From: Octopus vulgaris
Taxonomy: Eukaryota
Assembly (NCBI GenBank): GCA_951406725.2
Contig: OX597833.1
Location: forward strand, 21,886,001 to 21,950,000
Reading direction: 5' to 3'
DNA: 64,000 nucleotides
Shown: piece by piece, positions 13,702-28,204 of the stretch
Position numbering within the stretch: position 1 is the first letter of the stretch
Layout: each line of letters begins with the position of its first letter
The notes under the pieces: generated by a model
What the model was told of the DNA's origin: nothing
The model's input: the letters and a program-made list of their open reading frames with translations, nothing else
The model's database searches: none
Position numbers and translations under genes: made by a program

Positions 13702-14260
13702 GATGGAATTAGTGATGGATCTAAATGTTGTTTATAAGTACGTGACTCGCCTCTCTCGGGGGTCCCAGGGAGACTCAATTACGAGATAGTCTGCTTAAAA
13801 CTCTCCCCAACACGTTATTTTAATCGATTCATCGCAGCCAATCTTATGTATGCATGCATGCATGTATGTATGTATGTATGTATGTATGTATGTATGTATG
13901 TATGTTATGTATGTTCTGTATATATGTATGTATGTACGTATGTTATGTAAGTATGTATGTATGTTATGTATATATGTATGTTATGTAATTAATCAATATA
14001 GGGTGGCAAAAAAATTTTGTAGAATTTTTTTGTATGTTATGTATATATGTATGTATGTAAATATGTATGTTATGTATGTATGTATGTATATATGTTATGT
14101 ATGTTCTGTATATATGTATGTATGTTATGTATATATGTATGTTATGTATGTATGTATGTTATGTATATATGTATGCATGTTATGTAAGTATGTATGTATG
14201 TTATGAATACATGTTATGTAAGTATGTATGTATGTATGTTATGAATATATGCATGTTATG

Positions 14261-14293
<33 letters not shown>

Positions 14294-14819
14294 TATGTAT
14301 ATATGTATGTCATGTATATATGTATATTATGCATCTATGTATGTTATTTAAGCATGTATGTATGTATGTTATTTAAGTATGTATGTATGTATATATGTAT
14401 GTGTGTATGTAGGTAGGTAGGTAGGTAAGTAGGCAGGTAGGCATGCATGAATGTATACATTGACACCAGTACTTTTTTAAAGGCTGGTACTTATTCTATC
14501 GGTGTCTTTTGTTGAACTACTAAGTTCAGGAATGTAAACATACCAACATTGGTTGTCAAGCAGTGGTGGAGACAATCACAGACACAAACACACACACACG
14601 ATCACACGTTTTATATTTTACTTGTTTTTACTACAGGCATCCATGACTTTTAAAGCCTGGTACTTATTCCATCAGTCTTGTTTTGCCAAACTGCTAAGTT
14701 ACGGGGACATAAATATACCAACTCCGGTGGTCAAGTGGTGGTGCGAGAACAAACACAGACACAAAGGCACATATAGATACACACACACACACATACACAC
14801 ACATATATATATACATGTA

Positions 14820-15005
14820 ACCACACGTGGACTTTTGGTGATTTTCCCCACCTTCTTTCTTTCCCTTTGGACTATCCTGTTTCCAACAAAGAGCTATGTT
14901 CAAAACGTAAAACAACAACAACTCTTTTCTTTCTCCAAGCGTCATATTAATACATTCCTTGTACTACGTCCCAATGTTTGTGTTTTTCCTGTTTTTGAAT
15001 TGACT
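14820..15005 (+). mobile_element. Decayed HHR-bearing fragment; further decayed relatives at 37990-38100 and 54481-54633
   Basis: TGTTT-CCAACAA-A-GAGC-tat-GTTC-AAAA-CG-TA-AAACA at 14878-14914 (CpG-type decay) with a similar downstream flank ending in (TA)n. Confidence 0.45.
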
Positions 15006-15311
15006 ATATATATATATATATATATATACAACTTATAAACAAGGGCAAAAGAAAAATTATTTCAATGCCAATATGCTGAGAACAGACTTTAAATCGTCAA
15101 TTTCCACATAACAATATACATTCACTATATATTGTAATGTGGAAATTGACGATCTAAAAGTCCGTTATCAGCATATTAGCACAGAAATAATTTTTCTTTT
15201 GCCCTTGTTTATAAGTTGTTTATGATTTTAATCTTTAAAGGAATTTTAGTATGCTGCCACTTTTGATGAAATCTTTTCTGAAAAAAAGTTTATCCTATAT
15301 TAGTAGAAGTA

Positions 15312-15366
<55 letters not shown>

Positions 15367-15417
15367 TTATTTTATATCTTCTCTATTGTAACTATTGCTT
15401 AACCATTTTCTCGCACC

Positions 15418-15464
15418 ATCTCTGATGAAGGGATATATAAAATATCCCGGAAACAGCTGTAAGG
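15418..15464 (+). ncRNA. Minimal hammerhead ribozyme, canonical core, weak stem I
   Basis: TCT-CTGATGA-A-GGGATAT-ataaa-ATATCCC-G-GAAA-CAGCTG-TA-AGG inside a unique fragment next to (TA)n. Confidence 0.7.
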
Positions 15465-16002
15465 CCTTCTCTTTATAATTGTTCTGAAATCTTTCATAGC
15501 CTTGGATTTTTTTTTATCTCATTCTGTTAATTTTATATACATAAAATATATAGAAATCGACCTATGGTAAACAATGATCCGGGTATTAAAATTCATAACA
15601 GAACATGTGTAAAATGTGGAAAGGTGTGCTTCTCAGGTGGAATACTAAAAAGATATGTTAAGAGAGCGCATATGGTGACACCTGTTTTTCTTGCCAGCCA
15701 GCACAGTTGATTAGTATGTAATAAAATGTGTAAAAGCTTGGACAGGCTTAAAAGTCATAAAAGGGCTTCACACAGCAACGATCATGAATCATTTCAGTAA
15801 GTCTTCTTCGCCGTATTTCGTAGCCGTATTTCGCCTGCTGTTACGTTCTGAGTTCAAATTCCGCCGAGGTCGACTTTGCCTTTCATCTTTCGGGGTCGAT
15901 AAATAAAGAACCAGTTACGCACTGGGGTCGATGTAATCGACTTAATCCCTTTGTCTGTCTTTGTTTGTCCCCTCTATGTTTAGCCCCTTGTGGGCAATAA
16001 AG

Positions 16003-16045
<43 letters not shown>

Positions 16046-16049
<4 letters not shown>

Positions 16050-16344
16050 GGCGAATGGCTGGATTGTAAGGTCGTTAGTTCGATTCCTGGCGATGCGTTG
16101 TGTCCTTGAGCAAGACACTTTATTTCACGTTGCTCTAATTCACTCAGCTGGCAAAAGTGAGTTGTACCTGTATTTGAAAGGACCGGCCTTGTCACACTCA
16201 GTGTCACACTGAATCTCCCTGAAAACTGCGTAAGTGGTACGCGTGTCGGTGGATTGCTCAGTCAATTGCACGTTAATTTTACGAGCAGGCTGTTCCGTTG
16301 ATCGTATCAGCTGGGACCCTCGTCGTCGTAACCGACGGAGTGCT

Positions 16345-16345
<1 letters not shown>
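16046..16345 (+). mobile_element. SINE-C with tail type 1; also 18250-18570(-), 25685-26000(-), 38640-38940(-), 37215-37470(+)
   Basis: tRNA head, TTGTGTCCTTGAGCAAGACACTT block, tail GAGCAGGCTGTTCCGTTGATC...CCCTCGTCGTCGTAACCGACGGAGTGC. Confidence 0.8.
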
Positions 16346-16400
<55 letters not shown>

Positions 16401-16928
16401 TATGATACGACGGGTTTCATTCAGTTTCCGCCATCCAAATCCACTCACAAGGCTCTGGTCGGCTATATAGAAGACATTTGCCCCAAGGTACCACACAGTG
16501 AGACTGAACCCAGAACCATGTGGCTGGGAAGCAAGCCCCGAGGTTAGAGTAGAAGACACGTAACTAATTCTGTGCATCATAGCCCAGTATTTCGACTGAC
16601 TATATTTACACCATGGAAACTACACAAAAACAACAACAACAAGGACCGGGTGTTCTGAAATTACTCATACAATGTCATGCTCTCAGCACCCACACACTCC
16701 TACAGACACACCTAAAGCTATATGATTCACTAGTCTCACCCCACTTGCCCTCGTATTAGAATCCTTGCACTTAAATATTTAGCCTGTTTTTTTCATCCCC
16801 ACTTCTCGTATTTCTCATCCCGCCCAACCATTAAACGCACAAGTCAAATCAAACATCACAGAACAGCACTTGCTTCACCCATATTCTCTCCTTATTTCTC
16901 CCTCTCTCTCTCTCTTTCTCTCTTCCAG

Positions 16929-16984
16929 AGTAAAAGTGCCTCAAAAGGTCATGGTCAAAGTGTCCAACGACTTCATACAAAAAT
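16929..16984 (+). CDS. Candidate exon, donor uncertain
   Basis: Long pyrimidine tract plus TTCCAG; phase-0 frame SKSASKGHGQSVQRLHTK; possible GTGTGT donor. Confidence 0.3.
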
Positions 16985-17252
16985 GTGTGTGGTTTTGTGT
17001 GTGTGTGTGTTTAAAATTGGAAACTGTTGATGGTCTTCGATCTTCGAGATCATATTGTCATAACCGTTGCCCAAATCAGCCCCGTTTCAAGAATATCCAA
17101 GAATGGAAACGAGAAAATCTGAGCAAAGCCGAAACTCGCACCAACCATTCACGTGTGCATAAGAACGTGTGCACACACATGCATGTGTACACACAACCAT
17201 ATTCTTTTATATGTTTCATTCAAGAGGGTGTGGCCATGGTGGAGCACTGCCA

Positions 17253-17329
<77 letters not shown>

Positions 17330-17484
17330 TGTGTGTGTACGTATGTATATGTAAAATATGTGTATATATATTATATCTATGTATGTGTATGCATGTATGT
17401 ATCTTGTAAAATATACGCATTTACATATACATATATACATACATATATAGACATGTGTGTGTTTGTGTATGTGTGGAGAGATAG

Positions 17485-17542
<58 letters not shown>

Positions 17543-17775
17543 GCTTGTGTATATTTATGTGTTTGTATATGTCAATATCTATACGTGTGTGTTGTGTTTT
17601 AAATTGCATAATTAACTTTATTAATAACGTTAATGATGGAGAATTTTTTCCCATCTCTAAATTAACATCTAATTAGATGAAGTGCAATTAGAGTTAATAA
17701 TAAACTAAAAACTATGCTCTGACATCACTGACCTATTATAATAGCTTTATTGCAAACAGAGTATTCTGCTGGGAA

Positions 17776-17818
<43 letters not shown>

Positions 17819-17919
17819 GTGTAACAGTCACAATGATGGTGGCGGTAGTGGTGGTAGTGGTGGTGGCATAGAGAAGGCTGGAGTCTTATTTACAAACGCA
17901 TAGGAATGATTTCCTATTT

Positions 17920-19995
17920 AGTCATGAGGCCAGCAATTTTGAGGGGATGGGTAGTTGTCGATATCAACGATCCAGTATTTGACCGGTGCTTCATTTAATC
18001 GACCCCGATGAAAATGATCCTTTCTGCTTTAGGCATGAGGTTTGACATTTTTTGGGGTGATGGTAATGAGGGGGAAGTGGTAAGTTGATTACATCGATCC
18101 CAGTATTAAACTGGTAGTTATTTTATCGTTCCCAAAAGGATGAAAGGCAAAGTCGACCTCGGCAGAATTTGAACTCAGAGCATAAAGGACGAGAAGAAAA
18201 GCTGCTAAGTATTTTGTCCAACATCCTAACGACTCCGTTAATAATGTGGAAGCACTCCGTCGGTTACGACGACGAGGGTTCCGGTTGACCGATCAACGGA
18301 ACAGCCTGCTCGTGAAATTAACATGTAAGTGGCTGAGCACTCCACAGACACGTGTACCCTTAACGTAGTTCTCGGGGATATTCAGCGTGACACAGTGAGT
18401 GACAAAGCCGGCCCTTTGAAATACAGGTACAACAGAAACAGGAAGTAAGAGTGAGAGAAAGTTGTGGTGAAAGAGTACAGCAGGGATCACCACCATCCCC
18501 TGCCGGAGCCTCGTGGAGCTTTAGGTGTTTTCGCTCAATAAACACTCACAACGCCCGGTCTGGGAATCGAAATCCGTTAATAATAATAACAATATAATAA
18601 TAATCCTTTCTACTATAGGCACAAGGCCTGAAATTTTTCTGGAAGAGTGTTAGTCGATTATATTGACCACCGTGTACAACTGGTACTTATTTTATCAATC
18701 TTGAACTCAGAACATGAACAGCAGGAAGACAGAATCATCCTCCCCCTCCACCAAAATTTTAGACCTTGCACCTATAGTAGAAAAGATCATTATTATTATT
18801 ATTATTGATCTGAACTTACTAGCCTTGCATTAAAATCTGAAATCAATATTGTGGCCATGTTAAGGCAGAGAGCTGACAGAATCATTAGGGGTCAATGAAA
18901 TAAATACCAGTTGAACACGGAGATCGATGTAACCGTCTTACCCCCTCCTTCAAAATTGCTGGCCTTGTGCCAAAATATGAAACCATTATTATTATTACTA
19001 TTTAAGGCAGCAAGCTGGTAGAATCATTAGCACCCTGGCTAAAATCCATAACGTTTTGTTCATCTCTAAGTTCCGAGTTCAAATGCCTTTCATCCTTTCA
19101 GGGTCGATAAATGAAGTATCAGCTGATCACTGGCATCAACATAATCGACTTACACTCTCCCCTGGAATTGCTGACCTTGAGCCAAAATTTGAAACCATTT
19201 CTATTACGCAATTGCATGCTGATTAATTTAGGAAGTATTTCATTTTGAGGTTTGGTGACAAAAAATTTCCTCAAGTCTCAAGAATGCTCCTTAGAATTCT
19301 TGGAATTGCTGGAAGTCAGTGACATGAAAGAGTGTCGAGGAGAAGACTGACGTATATATGAGAATATCAGGAAAATGCTTAAGTGTTTACTTAGCTTTTA
19401 ATTTTCCCAGTGTTAACTTAGCTTTTTTTTTCTAATTGGCCCCTTGAGAGAAAAGGAATCAACAGATTAAATATCGGTTATACGCTAGTGTTAATCTAAT
19501 CAACCATACATTTACACTTGTCCTACAGTTGAAACCAAGTGTAAGAAATCGTTACCATTATCATAATTAAAAAGACGACGAGCTGGCAGAATCGTTAGCG
19601 CACCAGGCAGAATGCTTAGTGGTATTTCGCCCGTCGCTATGTTCTGAGTTCAAATTTTGCGCAGGTCGACTTTGCCTTTCATCCTTTCAGGATCGATAAA
19701 ATAAGTACCAGTTGAACACTGGGGTCGATGTAATCGACTCATCCCCTCCCTCCCCCAAGCTGCCCTTGTGGCAAAATTTTGAAATAATAGTTATTATTAA
19801 AAAGACGGCGAGCTGGCAGAATTGTTAGCATGCCGAGAAGGCTTAGTTCAAATTCTGCCAAGGCCAACTTTACCTTTCATCTTTTCGAGGTCAATAAATT
19901 AAGTACCAGTGAAACACTGGCGTTGATATGATTGACTAGACCCCTCCTCCAAAATTTCAGGCCTTGAACCTTTATTAGAAAGGATTATTATTATT
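17920..19995. mobile_element. Dense SINE-B cluster, both orientations; more copies at 11320-11525, 15820-16005, 21160-21530, 22180-22345, 29180-29325, 33725-33920, 41240-41380, 43040-43425, 45620-45990, 62255-62415
   Basis: GTTCAAAT..GCC.AGGTCGACTTTGCCTTTCATCCTTTC core, tails ending GGCCTTGTGCC...GGATTATTATT. Confidence 0.8.
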
Positions 19996-19999
19996 ATCA

Positions 20000-21150
20000 T
20001 TTTTCTGGTTGAATTGCATTTTATTTCATCATCTGACCTAAGACAAGTATAAATTAAATGGAGAGAAACTTTCTGAGAATATGGGCGGTTGATGTCAACA
20101 ACTTTTTGAGTCTCATAGACTTTTGGTTTCTCAGGGTCTGATCAAAAATGTTGTCAGTACCTTTCTTGATCATTCCCAAGACACCTACAACAACAAGAAT
20201 GGTTTTGGTTTTTAACTACCACATCCTAGATACTTCAATCTCAAGTCCTTATATTTGAATTTTTTTTTCAAATTCCTTTACTCAGATCTTTCTATCAGTA
20301 GGCAATGTTATGTCAATTAACAGGCATGTTTTTTGTTTTAGGTTTTTGATGACGATGTCTGGTGTGTTAGCATTTATTTGCCTGTCTGTATGTATTCCAA
20401 AATCCCATAGGATGGTAACATTCTCTCCCCTAGTGATTGACTCGAGATGTTCATACCAGTTCTTAGGTACGGGATACCATAGTGACAACATATGCTCCAG
20501 TACAAGTATTGGCCAACTCGATCATGCCTGGTTTTATATTCAGTAGGTGCAAGAGCAACTGGCAACGATGTGATCAATACTCTCAAGTTCGTCATTGCAG
20601 AGTCTACACTTTGTGTCTACTTCATTGAGTGTGACATTAACTTGATAGTCCCCGGTGAGGAGACTCTGGTTTAGTGTTGCTAGGATGAATCCTTCTCTTT
20701 CAGCTTTCAAACCAACACTCTGCAGTCAATAAGGGGTTCTTCTTATATCTACATCAGATTCCCCAGCTTGTTTAGGGTATTGCCCATACAATGGTTTTTC
20801 TTCAAGCTTTCCTGTTTGGCTTTTGATTTAAACTTTTTTTTGCTGCCTTAGTGGGTGATGTGCTCTCCTTATCTTCATAATCCTTTAAGATTGAGTGCAG
20901 TTTCTTACTCTGTTCGTGTGTTGCCTTACCAGCTGTATCGTCCAGTCGGTGTTACTCTGGATGTACCCTTGAAGTCCTATCATGGTCGTTTTATAGGATG
21001 TTTCAAGCTGGATTAAGCATTTGCCGCCTTTCCTTTGTAGAAGATAGAGCCTGTAGACATCTGATTTTGGGTGGTGCATCCTGTTTAGGATCGGCGGTTT
21101 CCCGGTCTTTTTGTCCATACGCTGGACATCACTCAGATTCCAGTTGATGA
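20000..21150 (-). mobile_element. R4/Dong-clade non-LTR retrotransposon 3' fragment, decayed
   Basis: HHPKSDVYRLYL..RKGG..LIQLE; RHDRVGQYLYW; ILWDFGIHTDRQINANTPDIVI...CLLIDITLP (restriction-like endonuclease); terminal TAHILRKFLSI*. Stops and frameshifts present. Confidence 0.85.
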
Positions 21151-22443
21151 CAACTGGTCAATTGTATTAGCCCTAGTGCTCAACAGTGCTTATTTCATCG
21201 CCCTGAAAGGATGAAAAGCAAAGTCGACCTCGGAGGAATTTGAACTCAGAAGAAATGTCACTAAGCATTTTACCTGGTGTGCTAACAATTTTGCCAGCTT
21301 GCCCCCTTTAATAATAATAGTTTCAAATTTTGGCACAAGGCCAGCAATTTTGGGGCAGAGGTAAGTCAATCATACTGATCCCAGTGTTCAACTGGTACTT
21401 ATTTTATCGACCCCGAAAGTGTAAAATGCAATTCGATCCCGGCGGAATTTGAACTCAGAGCTTAAAGAATCGGCAGAAATGTTGCTAAGCATTTTGTCCG
21501 GAATACTAATGATACTGTCAGTTTCTCAACTTAACAATAACAACAATAATATCTTTTAATTATTTTCTTCCTTTTTGTGAAAGTCTATTTTTAGATCAGT
21601 TTTAAATTTCCTTTCGTGACAAATAACTTAGAAGAATTAAAGCGAAGAACATATTTCAGACATCAAGTAAAAGCATGCGTGTATAGCTTTAAAAAAAATT
21701 TACTGACACGCTTTCTAGTTACGTTGAGGACAAGCTCTGGATCGCTAACTTCTTATGAGTAATTGATGAACTTATATACAAGACACACACAGATGGGGAG
21801 AAGAGACTGCGGCCCATTCTATCTGGTCACACGTAATGTGGCAATTTTATTAATGGGAGCACAATACCTCGTCAGTAAGCATCCACCGGAGCACAAAGTG
21901 ATTTCACAGACTCTTAGATAAAGTTAGTAAACAAGTTAATAGTTCAATGAAGATGAGTAATACCAGCTAGCTCAGCATATTTTTCATGGTCGCTTGTTCA
22001 AAATAATAATGATAACATTTGACATGTTTTTTATTTCCTTTCTTTATTTCTTTAATTATTTCTTCATTTAAGCTCGTCATGATAAATTTTGCTAATCTTG
22101 ATATTTAATTAAAGTTAGGTGGTGGTTTCGATTCCCAGACTTTTACTTTTTTACTCGTTTCAGCCGTGCGGTTGCGGTCAGGTGATAGAATCATTAGTAC
22201 ACCAGGCTTAGCGACATTTCGTCCATCTTAATGTTCTGAGTTCAAATGCCAACGAGGTTGACTTCGCCTTTCATCCTTTCAAGGTCAATAAAATAAGTAC
22301 CAGTTGAACTCTGCGGTTGATATAATCGACTTATCCTCTCCTCATAAGAAACCAATAAAAAAGAAGCTTACCAAGAACATGTGTTTCTTAGAATACATTT
22401 GGTTTTTGCTACATTAAAGTTATTTTATTAAATTAGCAAATAA

Positions 22444-22516
22444 GTCTCTGTAGCGCAAGAGATAGCGTGCTGGACTTCTCATCTAGAGGCCGTGAGTTTG
22501 AATTCCTCCAGTGGTG
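22444..22516 (+). pseudogene. tRNA-Arg(TCT) pseudogene
   Basis: 73-nt cloverleaf GTCTCTG-TA-GCGC-AAGAGATA-GCGT-G-CTGGA-CTTCTCA-TCTAG-AGGCC-GTGAG-TTTGAAT-TCCTC-CAGTGGT-G; T stem mismatched and B box mutated. Confidence 0.75.
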
Positions 22517-22530
22517 ATCTACATACATTT

Positions 22531-22915
22531 AGGCGCAGGAGTGGCTGTGTGGTAAGTAGCTTACTTACCAGCCACATGATTCTGGGTTCAGTCCCACTGC
22601 GTGGCACATTGGGCAAGTGTCTTCTACTATAGCCTCGGGCCGACCAAAGCCTTGTGAGTGGATTTCGTAGACAGAAACTGAAAGAAGCCTGTCATATATA
22701 TGTATATATATATATATATATGTGTGTGTGTTTGTGTGTCTGTGTTTGTCTCCCCAACATCGCTTGACAACCGATGCTGGTGTGTTTACGTCCCCGTAAC
22801 TTAGTGGTTCAGCAACAGAGCCCGATAGAATAAATATTAGGCTTACAAAGAATAAGCTATGGGGTCGATATGCTCGACTAAAGGCGGTGCTCCAGCATGG
22901 CCGCAGTCAAGTAAA
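22531..22915 (+). mobile_element. SINE-A
   Basis: Near full-length match to the consensus. Confidence 0.88.
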
Positions 22916-23779
22916 TGAGTAAAAAAAAAAGAATATGTCTTCAAATACCTTTCGCACCTTGAGAATATACATACATGCGCGCACACACACACACACAAAA
23001 TTTCCTAGTGCACTACATAGTGTTTGTGCATAATTTGAAATGCACAGCATGGTTTTAGGTGTAGCTGTGTGATAAGAAGCTTGCTTCCCAACCACATGGC
23101 TCGAGGTTCGGTCCCACGGCGTGACATATTGGGCGTCTTCTACTATAGCCTCTAGTCAACAAGCCCTGTGACTAGATTTGGCAGACGGAAACTGAAAGAA
23201 GCCCATCATCATCGTTTAACGTCCGTTTTCCATGCCAGCATGGGTTGGACGGTTCGACCGGGGTCTGGGAAGCCAGAAGGCTGCACTAGGCTCCAGTCTG
23301 ATCTGGCAGTGTTTCTACAGCTGGGTGCCCTTCCTAATGCCAACCTGTCCATGAGTGTAGTGGGTGCTTTTTACGTGCCACCAGCATAGGGGCCAGAGGG
23401 GGCTGGCAAACGGCCTCGATCGGTTGGTGCTTTTTACGTGTCACTGACACGGACGCCAGTCAGGCGGCACTGGCATCAGCTACGTTCGGATAGTGCTTTT
23501 TACGTGCCACCAGCACAATATTACTCCTTTACTTGTTTCAGTCATTTGACTGCAGCCATGCTAGACCATGTCTTTGTTTGTCCCACACCACTGTATGATA
23601 ACCGGTGTTAGTGTGTTTACTTCCCAGTAACTTAGTGGTTCGGCAAAAGAGACTGTGAGAATAAGTACAAGGCTTGAAAAATAAGTCCTTGGGGGTGATT
23701 TGGTCGACTAAAATTCTTCAAGGCAGTGCCCCAGCATGGCTACAATCTATTGACTGAAACTGGTAAACAATGTACGTAC

Positions 23780-24192
23780 ACTACAACTTTTTATCTTCCC
23801 ATGGGTAAAACGTGGGATCGATGTCGTCAGTTTCTAGTATTCTTAGTCACCTCATCAGAGAAAGAATATCTATTTTACGTCCGTGGAGAGACGAGTTGCT
23901 TATAACTATTTACAGTGCATACAAACAAGAACTCCGGTACATCTTACATTTGAGATCATCTCCAGTTGCTATGTAGTGCAGCGTGAGTTAATTCGCATTG
24001 GCAGTGTATGCACTATTATGCTAATCAAACAGATAAGTTGAGCTGAGTCGTAGTTTGTAGACACTATAAATAGCGATTAGAATGTAATCTCTCCGTGGAC
24101 AGAAAATAGGTGTTCTTTTTCAGATGTAAGTTCGGAAAGGTTACGAACAGGTCTCACTTTTCCTGCTTATGGAAAGTAAAAATGCGATGTAT
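23780..24192. mobile_element. Old element with long (about 110 bp) degenerate inverted termini
   Basis: AAAGAATATCTATTTTACGTCCGTGGAGAGA (about 23860) mirrors TCTCTCCGTGGACAGAAAATAGGTGTTCTTT (about 24088); weaker similarity continues outward. Confidence 0.5.
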
Positions 24193-24360
24193 GATGTAAC
24201 TGCATCATTGCTTACTATTCACAATGGGGCTAAAACGGTATGCATATTAAAAAAGAAAGGTATACCTTACATTCTAAATTATATATGAACGTGTGAGAGA
24301 ATATGCATATATATATATATACACACACATACACATACATACATACTTATATATATATAC

Positions 24361-24393
<33 letters not shown>

Positions 24394-24415
24394 CGTACAT
24401 ACACGCACACACACG

Positions 24416-24448
<33 letters not shown>

Positions 24449-24490
24449 GAATATAAAGATATATATATATATATATATATATGAATATAA

Positions 24491-24578
<88 letters not shown>

Positions 24579-26384
24579 GATAGATAGATATTACATATGA
24601 GGCATTAACCCTCTGGGTGGTGTATTTAAGCAGCAGTTTATAAACATGTGCCATTTGAGTTTATGAAACTATATTCCTGTATCACCAAGCTGGAATGCCG
24701 AGAAGGTCCAGTTTCAGGAACCACGATATGTCATGGGGTTATTAAAACAACAACAACAACGACTACGACAACAACACGAAAAAAACATACCAAAACTAAT
24801 GATGTGTTCGCTTCTTGCTGTTGTTAATGCTTATAGATTTAAACTTAGAAATACAGGCTGAGCAGAAGAAATACTGGCAACACGAATTGTAGAAGATTAT
24901 GTTACTGTGCGCGTGTGAGGGAGAGAAGGAGAGAAAGAGAAAGGAAGAGAAACTCCTATCATTTCACTTTTATACCCAGAGACATTAAGCAAATTTCATT
25001 ACAAGACAAAATAATTGTTTCCATTTATATAAATCATAAAGGTTTATTATCACACCACCATTAGCATTATTGCCACCGCAACCACCGCTGCCGCCACCAC
25101 CACCACCACCAACAACAACCATCACCACTACCAAAATCGCCACCACCACCACCACCACCACCACCACCACCATCACTAACACCACCACCAACAACAACAA
25201 CAACCATCGTCACCACCATCACCACTACCAAAATCGCCACCACCATCACCATCACCACCAACAACAACAACCATCGCCACCACCACCACCACCAACAACA
25301 ACAACCATCACCACTACCAAAATCGCCACCACCACCACCAACAACAACAACAACCATCGCCACCACCTCCACCAACAACAACCACCATCATACCACTACC
25401 ACCACCACCAACAACAACAACCATCACCACTACCAAAATCGCCACCACCACCATCGCCACTATCCGCACCGCCGCCGCCATCGCTACTCCACCCCCACAA
25501 ACAACCACCATCATACCACCACCACCACCACCACCACCACCACCACCATTTGCCTTTCCTGTGTATCACATGAATTACACAGGACACATTTCCCTGACGT
25601 CCATGTACCATATCTAATACACATCTGCGATTATTTTCAACCACTGAACTAACTTAGGATTTATGGAAAGAAAGCGTTAAACCAGCACTGTCGGATCCAA
25701 CGACGAGGGTTGCGGCTAATCCTATCAACGGAACAGCCTGCTCGTGAAATTAACGTGCAAGTGGCTGAGTACTCCACAGACACGCGTACCCTTAACGTAG
25801 TTCTCTGGAAGATTCTGCGTGACACAGAACGTGACAAGGCTGGTCCGTTTACAATACAGGCACGACTCATTTTTGCCAGCTGAGTGGGCCAGAGCAACGT
25901 GGAATAAAGTTTCTTGTTGAAGGTCACAACGCGCTAACAGGAATCGAACTTACGACCTTAAGATCGTGAGCCAAAAGCCCCTAACCACTAAGCTACCAAT
26001 GGAATGCTTTCTATTACTTAGAACATACAAAACAACAGCTAACTGAAAAGGCTGAAAACAAGCTTGGACGTTCAGGATAAACGTATGAAAATGCTTTCGA
26101 CAGGCAGATAAAATAAGGGAAGCAATGAGACATTCCAGTTTAAAAAGACGAGATGGTCACAGTTGGAACACCTTTGATTCAAATGAGTAAAACTGTTTAC
26201 TATAGCTTGTTAAATTTACTTACTATTTAGCAAATACTAAAACAAGCTGACTTTGCAAAAATGTAGTTTCGGGTTCAGTCCTACAGCACGGCACGTTAGG
26301 TAAGTGTCGTCGACTAAAACTACCGGACGATCAATGACTCGTGAGAAAATTTGGTCGACAGAAACCATGCGGAAATTTGTCTTA

Positions 26385-26446
<62 letters not shown>

Positions 26447-26939
26447 GTGAAGGCGCATGGCTCATCTTTTACCGAACCACTAAGTTACGGGGGAGATAAA
26501 CATACCAACACCGGTTATTAAATGGCGATATGGGGGACAAACACGAAGTCAAAGACACACACGCATATACAGATGATGATGGTGATGATGGTGGTATTGA
26601 TAATGTTGAAACAGATTAGAAAATTTTGTGACATCAGCATTTATATAAGACAGATCGTGAGGTTGTGAGCTCGAATCCCGGACCGGGCTGCGTGATGTCT
26701 TCTTGAGCAAGACACTTTATTTCACGTTGCTCCAGTTCACTCAGCTGTAGAAATGAGTTGCAACATCACTGGTGCCAAGCTGTATCAGCCTTTGCCTTTC
26801 CCTTGGATAACACAGGTGGCGTGGAGAGAGGAGGCCGATATGCATGGGCAACTACTGGTCTTCCATAAACAACCTTGCCCGGACTTATGCCTCGGATGGT
26901 AACTTTCTATGTACAATCCCATGGTCAGTGTCGTCTCAG

Positions 26940-27685
<746 letters not shown>

Positions 27686-28204
27686 CTGACTGATTGTTTG
27701 TCTATGCGTGGTGTATGTCTGTCTTTGTGTCTAGCGGATCAAAGCTGACTTGGGCTAAAAAAAAAACTACTACTACTAACACTACTGCTACTGCTGAGTA
27801 GTAGTAGTATTGTTTTTGCCCCTTTTTATCACTCAGTGTCAACGACTGAGCAACGGATATAATCAACCAGCCTGCTAGAAACAACAACTAAATCGCCTTC
27901 AATTCATACCCAACCCGAAAGACAGACCAAGTAACGGACATATTTTCGATTAAGTGTACCAAGGAAAAACTAAAGGAATGGTCGCGGCTGGAATGACAGG
28001 TCATCAGTTTGGTCGGTTACGGCTGATCTAGTGCTAAAACAAGACGTATTTCATTTCTGTCTGTGTTGGTAAATTCTACTTCTCACATTACGAAGTTTCA
28101 AAGATTTGTTTATTTATTAAACATTCTATAAACATCGTAAGATGACTTCAAAAACGAACGTAAATCCGTACTTTTTCTCAAATTTCATTCTACAATATTT
28201 TCGC

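Noticed and set aside
23825-23862. Minus-strand CTGATGA...GAAA
   Set aside because: Stem II is weak, there is no palindromic stem III or stem I, and it lies in a TIR arm.
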